Source: Eutreptiella sp. 'Long Island Sound 2002'
Lineage: Eukaryota > Protista > Euglenida
Reading direction: 5' to 3'
Assembly (NCBI GenBank): GCA_964036045.1
Contig: OZ038378.1
Coordinates: forward strand, 3,224,001-3,288,000
DNA: 64,000 bases
The stretch's first letter is position 1; each line of letters starts with the position of its first letter. The notes under the pieces are model-generated. The model worked only from the letters and a program-made list of their open reading frames with translations. It was not told where the DNA came from and made no database searches. Positions 10,541-21,179 of the stretch are shown piece after piece. Position numbers and translations under genes: made by a program.

Positions 10541-11759
10541 GATGTTGCCTCCCTCTTGTACAGCATCCAAGGCCTCCCCCGCTGAGCCTGGGTTGCCTCA
10601 TCTGTGCAGCCCCAAGATTGCCCCGCAGGAAATGCGGTTCTGTTCCGGTGGGGGGGACGGCAACTCTGATTGCAGCCACACTGCGTCGGTCCAAACCGGT
10701 CCAAACCCCCCGACCAGGCAAAGTTTACCCCATGCTGCTGTACACACCATGACAACACACACAGTATAGCCATCATATGAACCTAGCTTCTTTCCTTGCT
10801 CACTGGGCGCGGTTGATACTAGGGGATGCTGCACAGGAGAGGAGTCATGCTAGCGACCGCACCACTACGTTAGCATCCTAAACCCGAATCCGAGCTCGGT
10901 CACTTTCCCCCCACCACGACCCCTAAGGCGTCAGTTCAGTATGGCCGAATGAGTGCCCTGAATCCCTCAAACTGAGCTGTCTCCACCCTTGTGGTTGCAC
11001 GCAGGCAGTGAGTATCTGGCAGTGGCTGCCGCTGTATCTTCGTAACCAACAACCGTCTCTAGGCCTATGGCCATCATCGGAATGTACTACACCACCTATA
11101 CGCTTTACATAGCCGGAGCACACCAATACTGTTGCAGTGGAAATGACGCCCAAAGTTTCTTCTTGTACAGGATTTCTGAGCTTGACCGTGGGTTCCCTGG
11201 TCCTATCCAGGTGCCTGGCATGGTATCCCCCTGTCTTTCTCTTGTGCAAGCACGCCCTCGACGACGCCTAGAAGGAGGAATGGCCCGCAGCTGCACGTTG
11301 ATTTGAATGCGGTCTACATCCCCTTGACACCGGTCCGGAGCAAGCTATGCAGGGTGCACATCGAACGTCAGTACAAAAGCGGATGTGCAGTATTATCTTC
11401 GCACCTTGGGGTCCATTGAATCAAAGCCGGGGTGGTCGGGTGGTCTCCTATTCCTACAGGCCGGTGTGCGAAAGCTGCCTGGCGTCTCTCCCTCTTGTGG
11501 CCTGCATGTGCTGCCTGTTGTGCTCACTGTCACCAACACCACACACATGACAGCTGACACGCGGCCAGCAGGAAATTAGGAACAGGCGAGATTTGGAATG
11601 GCAAAATTTGGCAAATGTGTGCCAATTATGCCATGGTATTTCACGGTCCAGAGCCCTTTTTCTAGATGTCATTTTAGCTCTCTTGGCATGTACATTTCCA
11701 TTGTGCCCAACAGCCTCCAGGAAATAAGAGCAACCATCCAAGCAGCCATCGAGAAGCTG

Positions 11760-12044
11760 TAATCGAGTCGGATGGGCCGGAGCGGGCGGCCCCCACCACC
11801 AGGATCAGCCAATACGGGGCGCTCCTCCCGGGGACGGTGCTATCTGGATGAGGCAGAGGTACCACTGCCATACCAAGTTCCCCAGCTCAAGCCCCGTCTG
11901 GGCCAGGTAGCTTCTCTACCGGCTGGTGCCCTCTCTGGGCCTCTGAGTGTGTGTGTTTCGGCCAGGCGTCCTGCCATTGGACGCTTGATAGCGGGCTGAC
12001 GGACGGTGTTAGCTGGCAATACCTGACCTGACCTGACTTGACCT
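11760..12044 (+). mobile_element. SINE-like retroposon with (ACCTG)n tail and 9-bp TSD
   Basis: GAGAAGCTG at 11751-11759 and 12045-12053. 3' tail ACCTG-ACCTG-ACCTG-ACTTG-ACCTG. The head GTCGGATGGGCCGGAGCGG weakly resembles a tRNA A-box region. Confidence 0.7.
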
Positions 12045-12765
12045 GAGAAGCTGCAAGGAATAAGAGCAACGAACCAAATGCCCACAGGAAATAACAACCA
12101 CCATTCACGGCCTATGCTTGTTCTTGTGCCACAATCTTGGAATTTGTACCAAAATTTGCAGTGGTATTTGATTGGTGCCAAATTTTCTCCGCAACAAACT
12201 TCCCCATTCCAATGTTTGCACGTTCCTAACTTTCCCCTCCCCGGTATGTGGACAATGATGTCAGCACCAATCATGTCACAGACTTTGTTACGCACTTGTC
12301 CAACTGATTTGGGGGAGAGTGACACCATTTGTCGTTAGATGTAATGTGTCATTATGGTGGCATCAAATACAATCTCTGACCCACGCACTGTGTTTGTTGC
12401 AACCTGCAGTGCACCCAGAAACCCTTGTGCAAGATGCTGAATCCACACCATGTGAAACAGGTAGCGGAAGATGCCAAAAAGTGCTTGCACGTCCAAAGGA
12501 CTGAGGTCAAACGTCGGGTTGAAGCCTCATTCTTGGTGTCTTGGAAGTGTCCGGAAACCTGGATGCGCTGATCAATTCGCCATTCCTAACCCAGGGTTCG
12601 AATCCAGGACGATGGGTTCGGGAGCCTTATGCTGTATTTGGTTCTGGCCATTGTGTGGTGTACAATCTGCACATGTTCTAGACACTGTGCACGAACATGA
12701 CATGGCATGAAGAGGTAATATTCAGGAACCCTTATCAACAGGATTGTATGGGCATGGTTACCCAT

Positions 12766-13504
12766 GGGGGGAGCGTTAGCGCGCCAGGTGCGCGCCGGGC
12801 ATTTTTTTTGACCCGTGCCCCACTGGTGACCTTTTAGGGGGTGCACTGAGCGCAGTGCGTGCACAGTGCAACTATTTGGACGTTTAGCCGCCCTAGAACG
12901 CCATACTTTGTGATACCATGGGCATTATTGTTGTCATACAATGGGTATTTTGATGCTTCTTTCACATTCGGGATATGATATATTTGGATTCTCACCCAGT
13001 TTCACCAATTTTCTTCCATTTTTTGCTCGTTTCCACCACATCCACTCCTTACTAGGTTGATTTCTCCCCACCATGGGGGCCCCAAGAAAGCAGGGGTAAT
13101 GTAGCCATATTGATTTCTCCCCACCATGGGGACCCCGAGAAGGCAGGGGTGATGTAGCGAATACTGAGTTTGCGCTTTGTTCTTGTAACGTGAGGCAGAA
13201 ACGCCGTCCAAACCGCTTGCGGCCTGGGGACTCATTACCATAGCGAAATCAATGGGAAAGGCAAAGACAAAGTACCGTTTGTTAAGTACAATACAAATGA
13301 CATTTGGAGTTGTTGATTTCACAGCTATTGTCTAATTATGCAACGTGCTTTGTAGGGAAGGTGCGCAGTCCATCATGGTCTACTTGGGGGGGCTTCTCCA
13401 CCAGAGGGTAAATCTCGGACTGAAGTCGGGATAGTTAATAGAAAGGTAGCACACCGGGCGCGCGCCGAGTGCGTGCCGGGCGCGCGCCGGGCAAACATTC
13501 CCCC
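12766..13504 (+). mobile_element. Harbinger-like non-autonomous element, family B, with a nested family-A left end at 12837
   Basis: Ends GGGGGGAGCGTT / AAACATTCCCCC with subterminal GCGCGCCGGGC units. 13280-13504 is clearly homologous to 47015-47224. The TSD is not preserved. The nested GGGGGTGCACTGA-GCGCAGTGCGT-GCACAGTGC-AACTATTTGG follows TTA. Confidence 0.75.
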
Positions 13505-13872
13505 TTAGAGCACGCTGTGTAAACCAAACAGCCTTCAAGAGCCCACCATGATGACACACTAATCTGACAAACACAGATCAAGTGTCTGTTAGATGGTCAG
13601 CTTGTATTTTGTGTTAGCAAGTGCAAGTTTTGTTGTTTTATGGTTGATACTGGTGGTAAGGCTGTTATCGTGAGCGGCAGACGGAGGAGCAGAGGAATGC
13701 GGCGCATGCAGATGGCATCGGCTTAAAAGAGGGGTGGGACATTGTGTGGCAATGAAAGTGAGGGAACGGTTGCTAGTGGGGCAGCGCTGTTTTATTGGAC
13801 GCCGTTTGGCAACAGAACTGCTGCTCTTGTGCTTTTGCGCCCTTTTTGGCTGTCCGTTTTTGTTTCAACAAG

Positions 13873-14238
13873 ATGTTTTCTGCCTTCACTCAGCTTCTCA
13901 AGGCCTGAGTTCTCCCCATTGGCTCTGGGCTGGCTGGCATCCTGCTGATGCGCATCCTTCAACGTTGCGCCAGATCCCTCCCAGGCCCAGGGCCACCACC
14001 AGTTGCCCCTGTCTCCCCGTGGGCCTGTGTGACCCACCTGACAAAACCCACAGTCCCCCAATACGTGCTCGACATGACCAAGCAAATGGGAAACGCAGTG
14101 TATCGGTTTGTCTTGCCCTTTGGCATGTCTTTTTATGTGGTGACGGATCCTGCGACCCTCTCGCAAATCTTCAACGACGATGCCGCGGCGAAGACCGATG
14201 ACTACCATGGCATTGCGCAAGGCACTGGCGGCCCGAAC
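13873..14238 (+). pseudogene. Cytochrome P450, 5' part (membrane anchor, Pro-rich hinge), interrupted
   Basis: ATG 13873 lies directly after a pyrimidine tract and AG. The frame reads MFSAFTQLLKA*VLPIGSGLAGILLMRIL...PGPGPPPVAP...GTGGPN, with an in-frame TGA at 13906-13908 and a second ATG at 13948. It continues in frame at 18963 once the insertion is removed. Confidence 0.85.
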
Positions 14239-14375
14239 TGCAGTTAGTATAGCGCAGCGGGATAACGAAAGTTCTGCCACCGGGCCCCCAGCACTCCCCC
14301 CCCGCCCTGTCCTGCTTCCCCTCCTCCCTCCTCCCCTCCTTAGCCTTTTTATAATTTAAAGGCGGGGGTACATCG
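14235..14375 (+). repeat. Split direct repeat A1
   Basis: Matches 18672-18810 with 2 substitutions plus a small difference in the C-run. Confidence 0.95.
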
Positions 14376-14384
14376 GGTCATCCA

Positions 14385-14750
14385 ATGGGCTCGGCCAAAA
14401 ATGATGGGGCTTGGGACTGGAGACGTCTAAAAGACGAGGACCCCGCGGCGAAGTCAACAGCATGGGCCCACCTGATTCAGACGCCCTGGATGGCCCGTAT
14501 GATCCCGCTTCAGCATCGTACAGAGGTGCTGGTGGCGGGCGTGGCAGGATGGTCTCGGGACGGAGTCAGCTGGAGTGCGGTGAAGCTGGCCAGGACCTTC
14601 CATGAGACGCCAGGGATCTCGTTTCAATCCCCTGATCCGCAGCGGTACGTCGACGCGCTGCTGTATGGGTTGACACTTGCCTGGGGAGTAGAGGTGACTG
14701 CGTTCAGCCTGTCTGCGGAAGAGGCGTCGGGTTCGCTGTCTGCGACTTAA
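14385..14750 (+). CDS. First ORF of the YR element (ORF1a, unknown; possibly the N-terminus of gag)
   Basis: ATG 10 bp after A1; 121 aa. It overlaps the frame of ORF1b, which is open from about 14635. Confidence 0.5.
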   Translation: MGSAKNDGAWDWRRLKDEDPAAKSTAWAHLIQTPWMARMIPLQHRTEVLVAGVAGWSRDGVSWSAVKLARTFHETPGISFQSPDPQRYVDALLYGLTLAWGVEVTAFSLSAEEASGSLSAT

Positions 14751-14791
14751 TCGCCAAGCCGCCTGGAAAATCGGCGAGCAGGAGAGGAGGA

Positions 14792-15571
14792 GTGGGGATC
14801 AAGGGTGAGAGACACTCTCAGGGGAAGAACGCAAAGCCCGAGACCAACAGTGGTATGGCTCTGGACGAGGAGGCGGGCGCCGGAGCCGGTGAGCGCGAAG
14901 GAGGTGGGGGGCCGGCCGCGGCTGAGGAGGACGAGGAGGACGAACTGATGTACAAGGAGCCCAGCTTCAAAAATGCCAGGTGGATGAGAAAGAGGCCCGG
15001 GGCCCCGCGGTGGACGGTCAAACTGTGCCGCCTGGTTGAGAGGTTAATGGAGGCCGAGGAGTCTGAGACTGCGACAGAGGTGTCCACGATCATTGACGAT
15101 GTCTGGCAATTGCTCCTTGATTGCGACAAGTCGGGTAAGGACGCGGTCAAGGCAAAAATAAAGGAGGTCAAAAAGAGGAACAAGAAGAAGGCCAAAAAAC
15201 AGAGGCGAAAGGAGAAAAAGAAGGAGATGAAGGAGCGCCGATCATCTCGGAGGGGAAAAGGGAGGCGCAGGTCCTCCGACTCGGATTCGTCGTCCACGGA
15301 CAGTAGCAGCGACAGTGCGTCCGATACATCATCCTCGGCAAGCTCCAGCTCATCGGGGCGCCACTCAAAGCGCAAAAGCAGAGGTGGCACGCAGGGGAGC
15401 ACGAGTCAGCCGGAGTTCAAGTGGATAGACGGAAAGCGCCACTTCCGCAGCAAGAAAACAGGAGACTGGGTTAATTGCGAAAACCCTCCAAAAACGGCAT
15501 GCCCGGAGTGTGGTGGCCACCATTGGTGGTTTGACAGGGAGAAGCACGGGTGTAAAGGCCGAAGGAAGTGA
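14792..15571 (+). CDS. Gag-like ORF of the YR element
   Basis: Lys/Arg-rich and Ser-rich tracts, a C-terminal CPECGGHHW knuckle-like motif, and position ahead of the YR. Confidence 0.7.
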   Translation: MGIKGERHSQGKNAKPETNSGMALDEEAGAGAGEREGGGGPAAAEEDEEDELMYKEPSFKNARWMRKRPGAPRWTVKLCRLVERLMEAEESETATEVSTIIDDVWQLLLDCDKSGKDAVKAKIKEVKKRNKKKAKKQRRKEKKKEMKERRSSRRGKGRRRSSDSDSSSTDSSSDSASDTSSSASSSSSGRHSKRKSRGGTQGSTSQPEFKWIDGKRHFRSKKTGDWVNCENPPKTACPECGGHHWWFDREKHGCKGRRK

Positions 15572-15679
15572 CTGCGGAGCCATGAAGATGGAGACGGGGC
15601 TGCAGGAGGCACGCGGGGGGACGAGGAGTGCGAGCGCGAGTGGCCGTGGGCGACCGCGCGCGACAGACTCGAGGCGGCG

Positions 15680-16809
15680 ATGGCTGACGAGTACGGGACG
15701 GCTTTTGATGCCACGACAGTGCGGGGCCTGCAGGATGGTACCCTCGACGGGTATCTGCGGCAGCTCAGGCGACTGGCCAGGCTGGAGCGGATGCGACCAG
15801 GCGACGGTGCTCGGGGTATACTGGAGGCCAGGCTCATGCAGATTGTGCAGGGCGACCTGTCAGAGAGCGCCGCAAAAATCGTTCTGGCTGTGGCGAGGCT
15901 GGCCGAAAAAAACGGAGTGGCTTGCCCCGGTGGTGCGGAAGTCTGATTGGTACCTGGTTATGTCTATCGAACAGCGGCGGTGCAAAGAGCAGCGGGCGGA
16001 GGCGAAAGAGTGGGCGCAACTGGAGGACCTGTGCAGGCTGTGTGCGGCTGCCTCCAGCTTTGCGGAATGGGAGGCGGTGGCGCTGGCGTGCGTGTCGGTG
16101 GGACACTGCCTAAGGGGTTCCGAGGCGGGGGGTGGGGTGGGGCAGGAAGATGAAGGCGTGCGGTTTTTTGGAACAAAGTCCAGGAGGGGGGTCCAGCGAC
16201 AGGAAGTGGGGCCCTGGGTGCGAGAATGGTTACAGTTCTTGGCGAAACTCAGGGCACTCAAGGGGTTCCACCCCGACAGGGGGGCGTGGCACGAGTCCAG
16301 GGAAGCGCTGGGGAAGACGTTGGTCAGCCTGCTGGAGAGGGGGGAGGGGAAGAAAACTGTCCGGTGGCACAGTTTCCGTAGGATGGGGGCAGCACAACTT
16401 CGGACAATGGGGGCGCCGCTCACAACAATCATGCTCTGGGGGGGGGTGGAAGTCAGCGAAAGTCGCGCAGATGTATACCGAGGCCCCCCCCAGGTGGAAG
16501 TTTGCCCGGTCGGGAAAAATCCCATGGCCCATGTGGGGGGGGGGGGGGGGGGGGGCACAGCCAGGCTACTGCACAAAGCAGGGCTCCACACTCTCTTTCT
16601 GGCCGTCATGGATACGCCGGGAAATCGCCTTCGCGGCCGGGGAAGCTTCCCGACTTGCTGGGGGATCGCCTGAGGGGGGTGAGAATGCACGCAAACGAGG
16701 AAGGAGAGTGTCCCCGAGTGCGAGTGCTGCGAGGACAGTTGCGAGATGCGGCGAGGGCGATAAGCGAAATGCGGGGCGTCAAGGTGCACAGGCAAGAGAT
16801 GGTGCGTAA
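15680..16809 (+). CDS. Tyrosine recombinase, with two +1 homopolymer frameshifts
   Basis: N-terminal LQDGTLDGYLRQLRRL; catalytic R in CLRGSEA (16113); K in FGTKS; HSFR (16368); WGGWKS; Y in AQMYT (16474). Frame changes occur at A7 (15906-15912) and G9 (16438-16446). Confidence 0.9.
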
Positions 16810-18556
16810 CCTCATTACGGGGATGGGTGAGGCAGTGCTCAGACTTGAGTGTGGAGAGGAGGGTCTGGATACGCTGTGCAGTGTGTTGACAAAAGTTGGG
16901 GAGGGGGACTTAGACGAGGAGGACGATGGGTACTACAGTAGTAGTGACGAGGAGGGGATGGTTACCGAGGAAATGGCTGCTCGGGGGGTGGGGGAAGCGG
17001 GGTGTGTGACAGTGTCGGATAAGATCTGGAACAGCCTGGTCCCTCGTGACTCTATGGGGGTGTACCGGAGGTAGTTGAGGGAGGACAGTGCGGGGGTTGA
17101 AAAGTCACAGGGGGGGAGACCGGGGCCTGTGGATGCAATGCTGGAATCCCTCAGAACTGAGACTAAGGGACTGCGCAGAACAAAGCGACCCGAGACGGCC
17201 AAAATGTTCCTTACCTGGAAGAATGCACTAAAATGCCGAGCCATTCTTGATGCGCGGGGAGTCAACGCAAGCGACCCCCGGAAGCCCCCAAAGTTCAGAC
17301 TCCCTGGGCTGGAGGCCATCCGCCACTGGATGGGACGTGCGCGCCCTCGGCGTGTGGGGGGAGGCAGGTGCCGTGTTTTTTTGGCTAAACTGGACCTGCA
17401 GAATGCTTACTGGAGCATCCGCCTCCCCACCGCATGGCGCACTGTTTTTGTGGTGGGGGGGCGGTCGGGTAAGCGTTTTCGATATGCAAGGCTGCCTTTC
17501 GGATGGGCCTATAGCCCTGTGATATTTCAGAAGCTGGTATCCTCTGTTATCCGGGGGGCCTTGTCGCGACGTGGTGTGCGGGGTTGGGTGTATCTGGACG
17601 ACATTTTACTGTCGTGCAGGAGCAAGAGTCGGCTGAGGGGGGCTGTGAGGGACTGCATTCGAAGGCTGAGACGTGCGGGTTTTATTGTGGGGGCCAAGTC
17701 CGAGCCGGAACCAACTGAGCGCCTCGGTTTTATTGGTAAGCAAATTGACACCAAAGCTGGGACGATCAGCAATGCGGTGGGTGCCTTGGTCGGTGCTTTC
17801 AGGGCGTGGGTCAGGGGGGTGGGCAGGGGGCGCCTGCCCTCAAAGGTTATGGAACGCCTCCTGGGTAAACTGTGCTGGCTGAGCAGGCGCAGTGCGGGTC
17901 TGGGCGCCTTCCTGGCGGGCGCATATCGAGGTTTGCAGAGTGGGAAAGGGGTGTTTGGGAGGGGTGTCTGCAAAGGGGTGGCGACAGTGCTCCTGTTTTC
18001 TTGTGTCCCTCAGCGGTGTGACCCTCCAGGGCCTGGTGGATGAGGGGCCTGGGAGGTGTTCGTGGATGCGGCTCCAGAGGGCAAAGTTTTTCGACTGGGA
18101 ATTGTTGGGGGGGGGGATTACTGTCGATCGGAGGTGTGTCCGCCCTGGGTGGACTCCCTGCAGCAGGCGGAGCTGTATGCGCTGTACATCGTTATTAAGG
18201 TGGCATCCTATCGTGGTTTTGAAAGAATTCGTGTGGGTTCAGACAGCAACGTAGCTAGGTCTCAGATTAATGCGCCGCGGGCGTCGGTGCATGCCGATTC
18301 TCAGCAACGAATACTCTGGCGCCTGTTTTGGCTCAGGTGCTGGAGTACTGTTAGTGTCGAGTCCTTCAGGGTGCCGTCTTTTTTAAACGCGGCCGACCCC
18401 CTGAGCAGGGAGACAGGCTTCTAGTCACGGAAACAGGCCATTGCCGAAGCAGCAAGGCGTCGTGAGATGTGGGAAAGAGCCGTCGACACGAAGTACATGG
18501 GTCTGATGGAGATGATTCGCCCCCCGTGGAGATTCAAGGGGGAGGTGGGGGACTGA
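16685..18556 (+). CDS. Reverse transcriptase plus DIRS-type RNase H; single frame with three in-frame stops
   Basis: RT motifs LDLQNAYW, LPFGWAYSP, YLDD (17591). RNase H motifs FVDAA, AELYA, SDS, NAADPLSR. Stops TAG 17072, TGA 18041 and TAG 18422 all lie in one frame. Confidence 0.9.
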
Positions 18557-18606
18557 TGACGCGACGGTTACGGGGGACAAATGGACGCGCAGTCGCGCGG
18601 CAAAAT

Positions 18607-18962
18607 GTGCTGTCCGCCGAATAGTGCATCTTTCCCGATTGCTTTGTCCAGGGAGAGGGGTGGGGCAGGCAGAACTGCAGTTAGTATAGCGCAGCGGGGT
18701 AACGAAAGTTCTGCCACCGGGCCCCCAGCACTCCCCCCCCCCTGTCCTGCTTCCTCTCCTCCCTCCTCCCCTCCTTAGCCTTTTTATAATTTAAAGGCGG
18801 GGGTACATCGACCCACCCGCCCGCCCCGTGTCTTGTCCCGGAGCCTGCCAGGGGTGAAGAAAGGACGGCCCTTCATATGTTACTCTATCACTGGTGCTGT
18901 CCGTGGAATAGTGCATCTGTCCTGATTGCTTTGTCCAGGGGGAGGGGTGGGGCAGGCAGAAC
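18607..18962 (+). repeat. 3' repeat block B1-A2-spacer-B2 of the YR element
   Basis: B1 and B2 are both 69 bp with 5 differences. B1 and A2 overlap at GAAC (18672-18675). An 83-bp unique spacer lies at 18811-18893. Confidence 0.95.
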
Positions 18963-20096
18963 ATACTCACCCGCGCCACGTCGGATCCCCGTTGGTTCGG
19001 GGCGCGCAAGGGCCTCGCACCCGCGTTCGCGACCCTCAACATCAACCGCCAGGTCGCCCACATGCACCACAAGCTGGGCGTGCTTTGTGCGAAGCTCGAG
19101 GACCACGCACGCGCCCAAGCCCCTGTGGATGTCACGCAGATGATGGTCATGTTCACGTTGGATTTCATTGGCCAGAGCGCATTCAATTACGACTTGCGTG
19201 CCTTGGAAGACACCCACAGAAGCGAGGGAGCGAGGCTATTTGCCGATGTGCAAACCGTTTTCACGGAGTTCGTGTTGAAGCAGGGCGCCAATCCAATCCG
19301 GCCGTGGCTTTTCTGGCTTCCCGAGATCAGGGCCGCAAAACAGGCATCGAAACGGCTGCAAGCCTTGGCCCTTCAAGTCATGAGCCGCTACCGTGCGACC
19401 CACTCTGAAGAGGACATCCGGACCGGGCAGTCCATCTTGGCCCATATATTACGGAACCCTGTCTACCCTAGTGATGAAGCCCGGGTGCACGACGTCCTCA
19501 CTTTGATCGTCGCGGGGTACGACACCACTGGCTTCACGGTGTCATGGATTTTGTACGACCTTAGTCGCACCCCAAAGGTCATGCAGCAGCTGCAATCCGA
19601 GTTGGATGCTGCGTTCCCAGACCCTTCCGTCGATCCCTCTCCCTCCGAATTATCCCAGCGGCGTGTCCTCAACAACTGCATCAAGGAGAGCATGCGGCTG
19701 TGGCCGGTCGCCGCTCTTGGAGTGGGGCGGGTCAACAGCAAGGACGTGCATGCCCAAGGGTTTATTATCCCCAAAGGGTCCCAGATAATGACACCGTTCT
19801 ACGCCATCCACCGCATGCCGTGCATTCCGGACGCCGACGCATACCGCCCCGAGCGCTGGGACGAGCCGGACTCGGCCCTCACGGCCCGGTACATGCCCTT
19901 CTCACAAGGGCGGCGTAACTGCGTGGGGCAGAACCTGGCGAACCTTGAGATCCGGGTGGTGCTGGCGCGGCTCATGCGGCGTTTTGCTTTTGAGGTCGTC
20001 CAGGAACCGGCAATCGACTTCCGTGGGGTCACTATGAAGCTGCGGGACTTGTTGCTGCGGGTCAGTAACCGACTTGGGGGTCAGACCAAAGGGTAG
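18963..20096 (+). pseudogene. Cytochrome P450, 3' part (377 aa, no stops)
   Basis: ILTRATSDPRWFGARKGLAPAF (C-helix WxxxR), AGYDTT (I-helix), ESMR (ExxR), PERW, FSQGRRNCVG (heme Cys). Confidence 0.95.
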
Positions 20097-21066
20097 AGAG
20101 TAGAGGGCTGTGTCTCAGCGAATGCGTGTCAGAGGTGAAGCGGCGTCCTTTGCTCTAGTGCTCCTCGTGCCGTCACTCCGCCCCGTGCCAGTTGTTGGGT
20201 CAGCGTTTTACCGGTTTCTTCAACATCGGGGCTTGTCTGGGGCAAACCCACTCCAAAACACAACAAGAACATTCCAATGGTAGACTATGGCTGCTCTTTT
20301 TGAGGGTGAGATGGCTGCTATGCTTGTGATACATGGTCCGTGACGGGTTTTGTTTGATACAGCCATTCTTGACCCATTTTTCGCCTTTTGGGTCTTTTTG
20401 AACCGCTGTTTCTAGGGGCCCAAATGGATCAGAAGCAGGGAAGGTCCTTGAGCATATTGAGAAAGTCATTTCAGACCCATCTTTCATCCTCGGAGATTTC
20501 TACCGCGTGTCCCAGTAATCCTGCCCTGCTACATGTGCAGTGCATCGTTCGGGTGTGAAAGGCGGCAGTAATAGGGGCTCGACGGGCCCCAAATGCTTCC
20601 CATTCTTTATTGTTGGTCACCCAAAGTGGATGAAGGCACCACATGGGGTCCGCATGGGGGCCCGATACCTGGAACCTGAACAATGGCCCGTTTCCGGTCA
20701 TTGCCAACCAGCACAAACCGCCACTTGGAAACCCACAACGTCTTCCTCGGCACTCCAAAATCGGGCCGTAGTGGTGCACAAGTGCATCAAATCAGTTGGT
20801 TGCCTCCTTGCTTGCTTCTCCGCCACAACTCCCCCCACAGTTATAAGGCATGGGGTCAAACCAACCTTGGTGCCTTGAATTGAGCTTCGGTGCGTTTAAC
20901 CGCAAACTGTGACCGGAAATGTGGGCTAGAAAAAATGAAAAAGAGAGGCGTGCGAAATGACACATAGCAGGTGGCCATGCATCCCCATTTTGTATTGGTT
21001 TTTCAGTGAGTGGTCTTGAACATACCCATGGTCTTCGCCATCCGGCGTGGAATGCACTGCTGCAGG

Positions 21067-21179
21067 TCTCATTGGTCCACTTTGTGCAAGCGGAAATCTC
21101 TTTTGCTTGCGGTATTGAACCCTATCCTTGGGACAAGACTGGCATTGTAGGCGGCCTTTGGCGTGGCGTGATATTGAGG
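21067..21179 (+). CDS. Candidate isolated exon of an unidentified gene
   Basis: Bounded by CTGCAG| and AG|GTAAGG; open frame VSLVHFVQAEISFACGIEPYPWDKTGIVGGLWRGVIL. No partner exon was confirmed. Confidence 0.25.

Larger units (their letters stand above)
14235..18962 (+). mobile_element. Tyrosine-recombinase retrotransposon (DIRS order; VIPER/TATE-like gene order gag-YR-RT/RH) with split direct repeats A...BA..B
   Basis: Repeats A1 14235-14375, B1 18607-18675, A2 18672-18810 and B2 18894-18962. YR, RT and RNase H motifs are all present. GAAC occurs at the left, right and internal B1/A2 junctions, and there is no other TSD. Confidence 0.95.

Noticed and set aside
11938-11962. Similarity of CTCTGAGTGTGTGTGTTTCG to the Euglena spliced leader
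   Set aside because: Only 9 contiguous matching bases and no downstream donor or Sm site; compatible with chance.
12560-12612. tRNA gene at GGGTTCGAATCC
   Set aside because: B-box only; the T-stem does not pair and there is no A-box or cloverleaf.
18551-18660. Hammerhead or HDV-like ribozyme (CTGATGA followed by a CGCGAC/GTCGCG stem)
   Set aside because: No GAAA follows the stem and I could not build either fold. An Infernal search would settle it.
14239-18962. YR element spliced out of P450 pre-mRNA as an intron (donor-like GTTAGT at 14243)
   Set aside because: With this donor, the AGs checked near the right end (18778, 18938, 18944, 18955, 18959) all give out-of-frame joins. The euglenid non-conventional CAG...CTG pattern is also not met.
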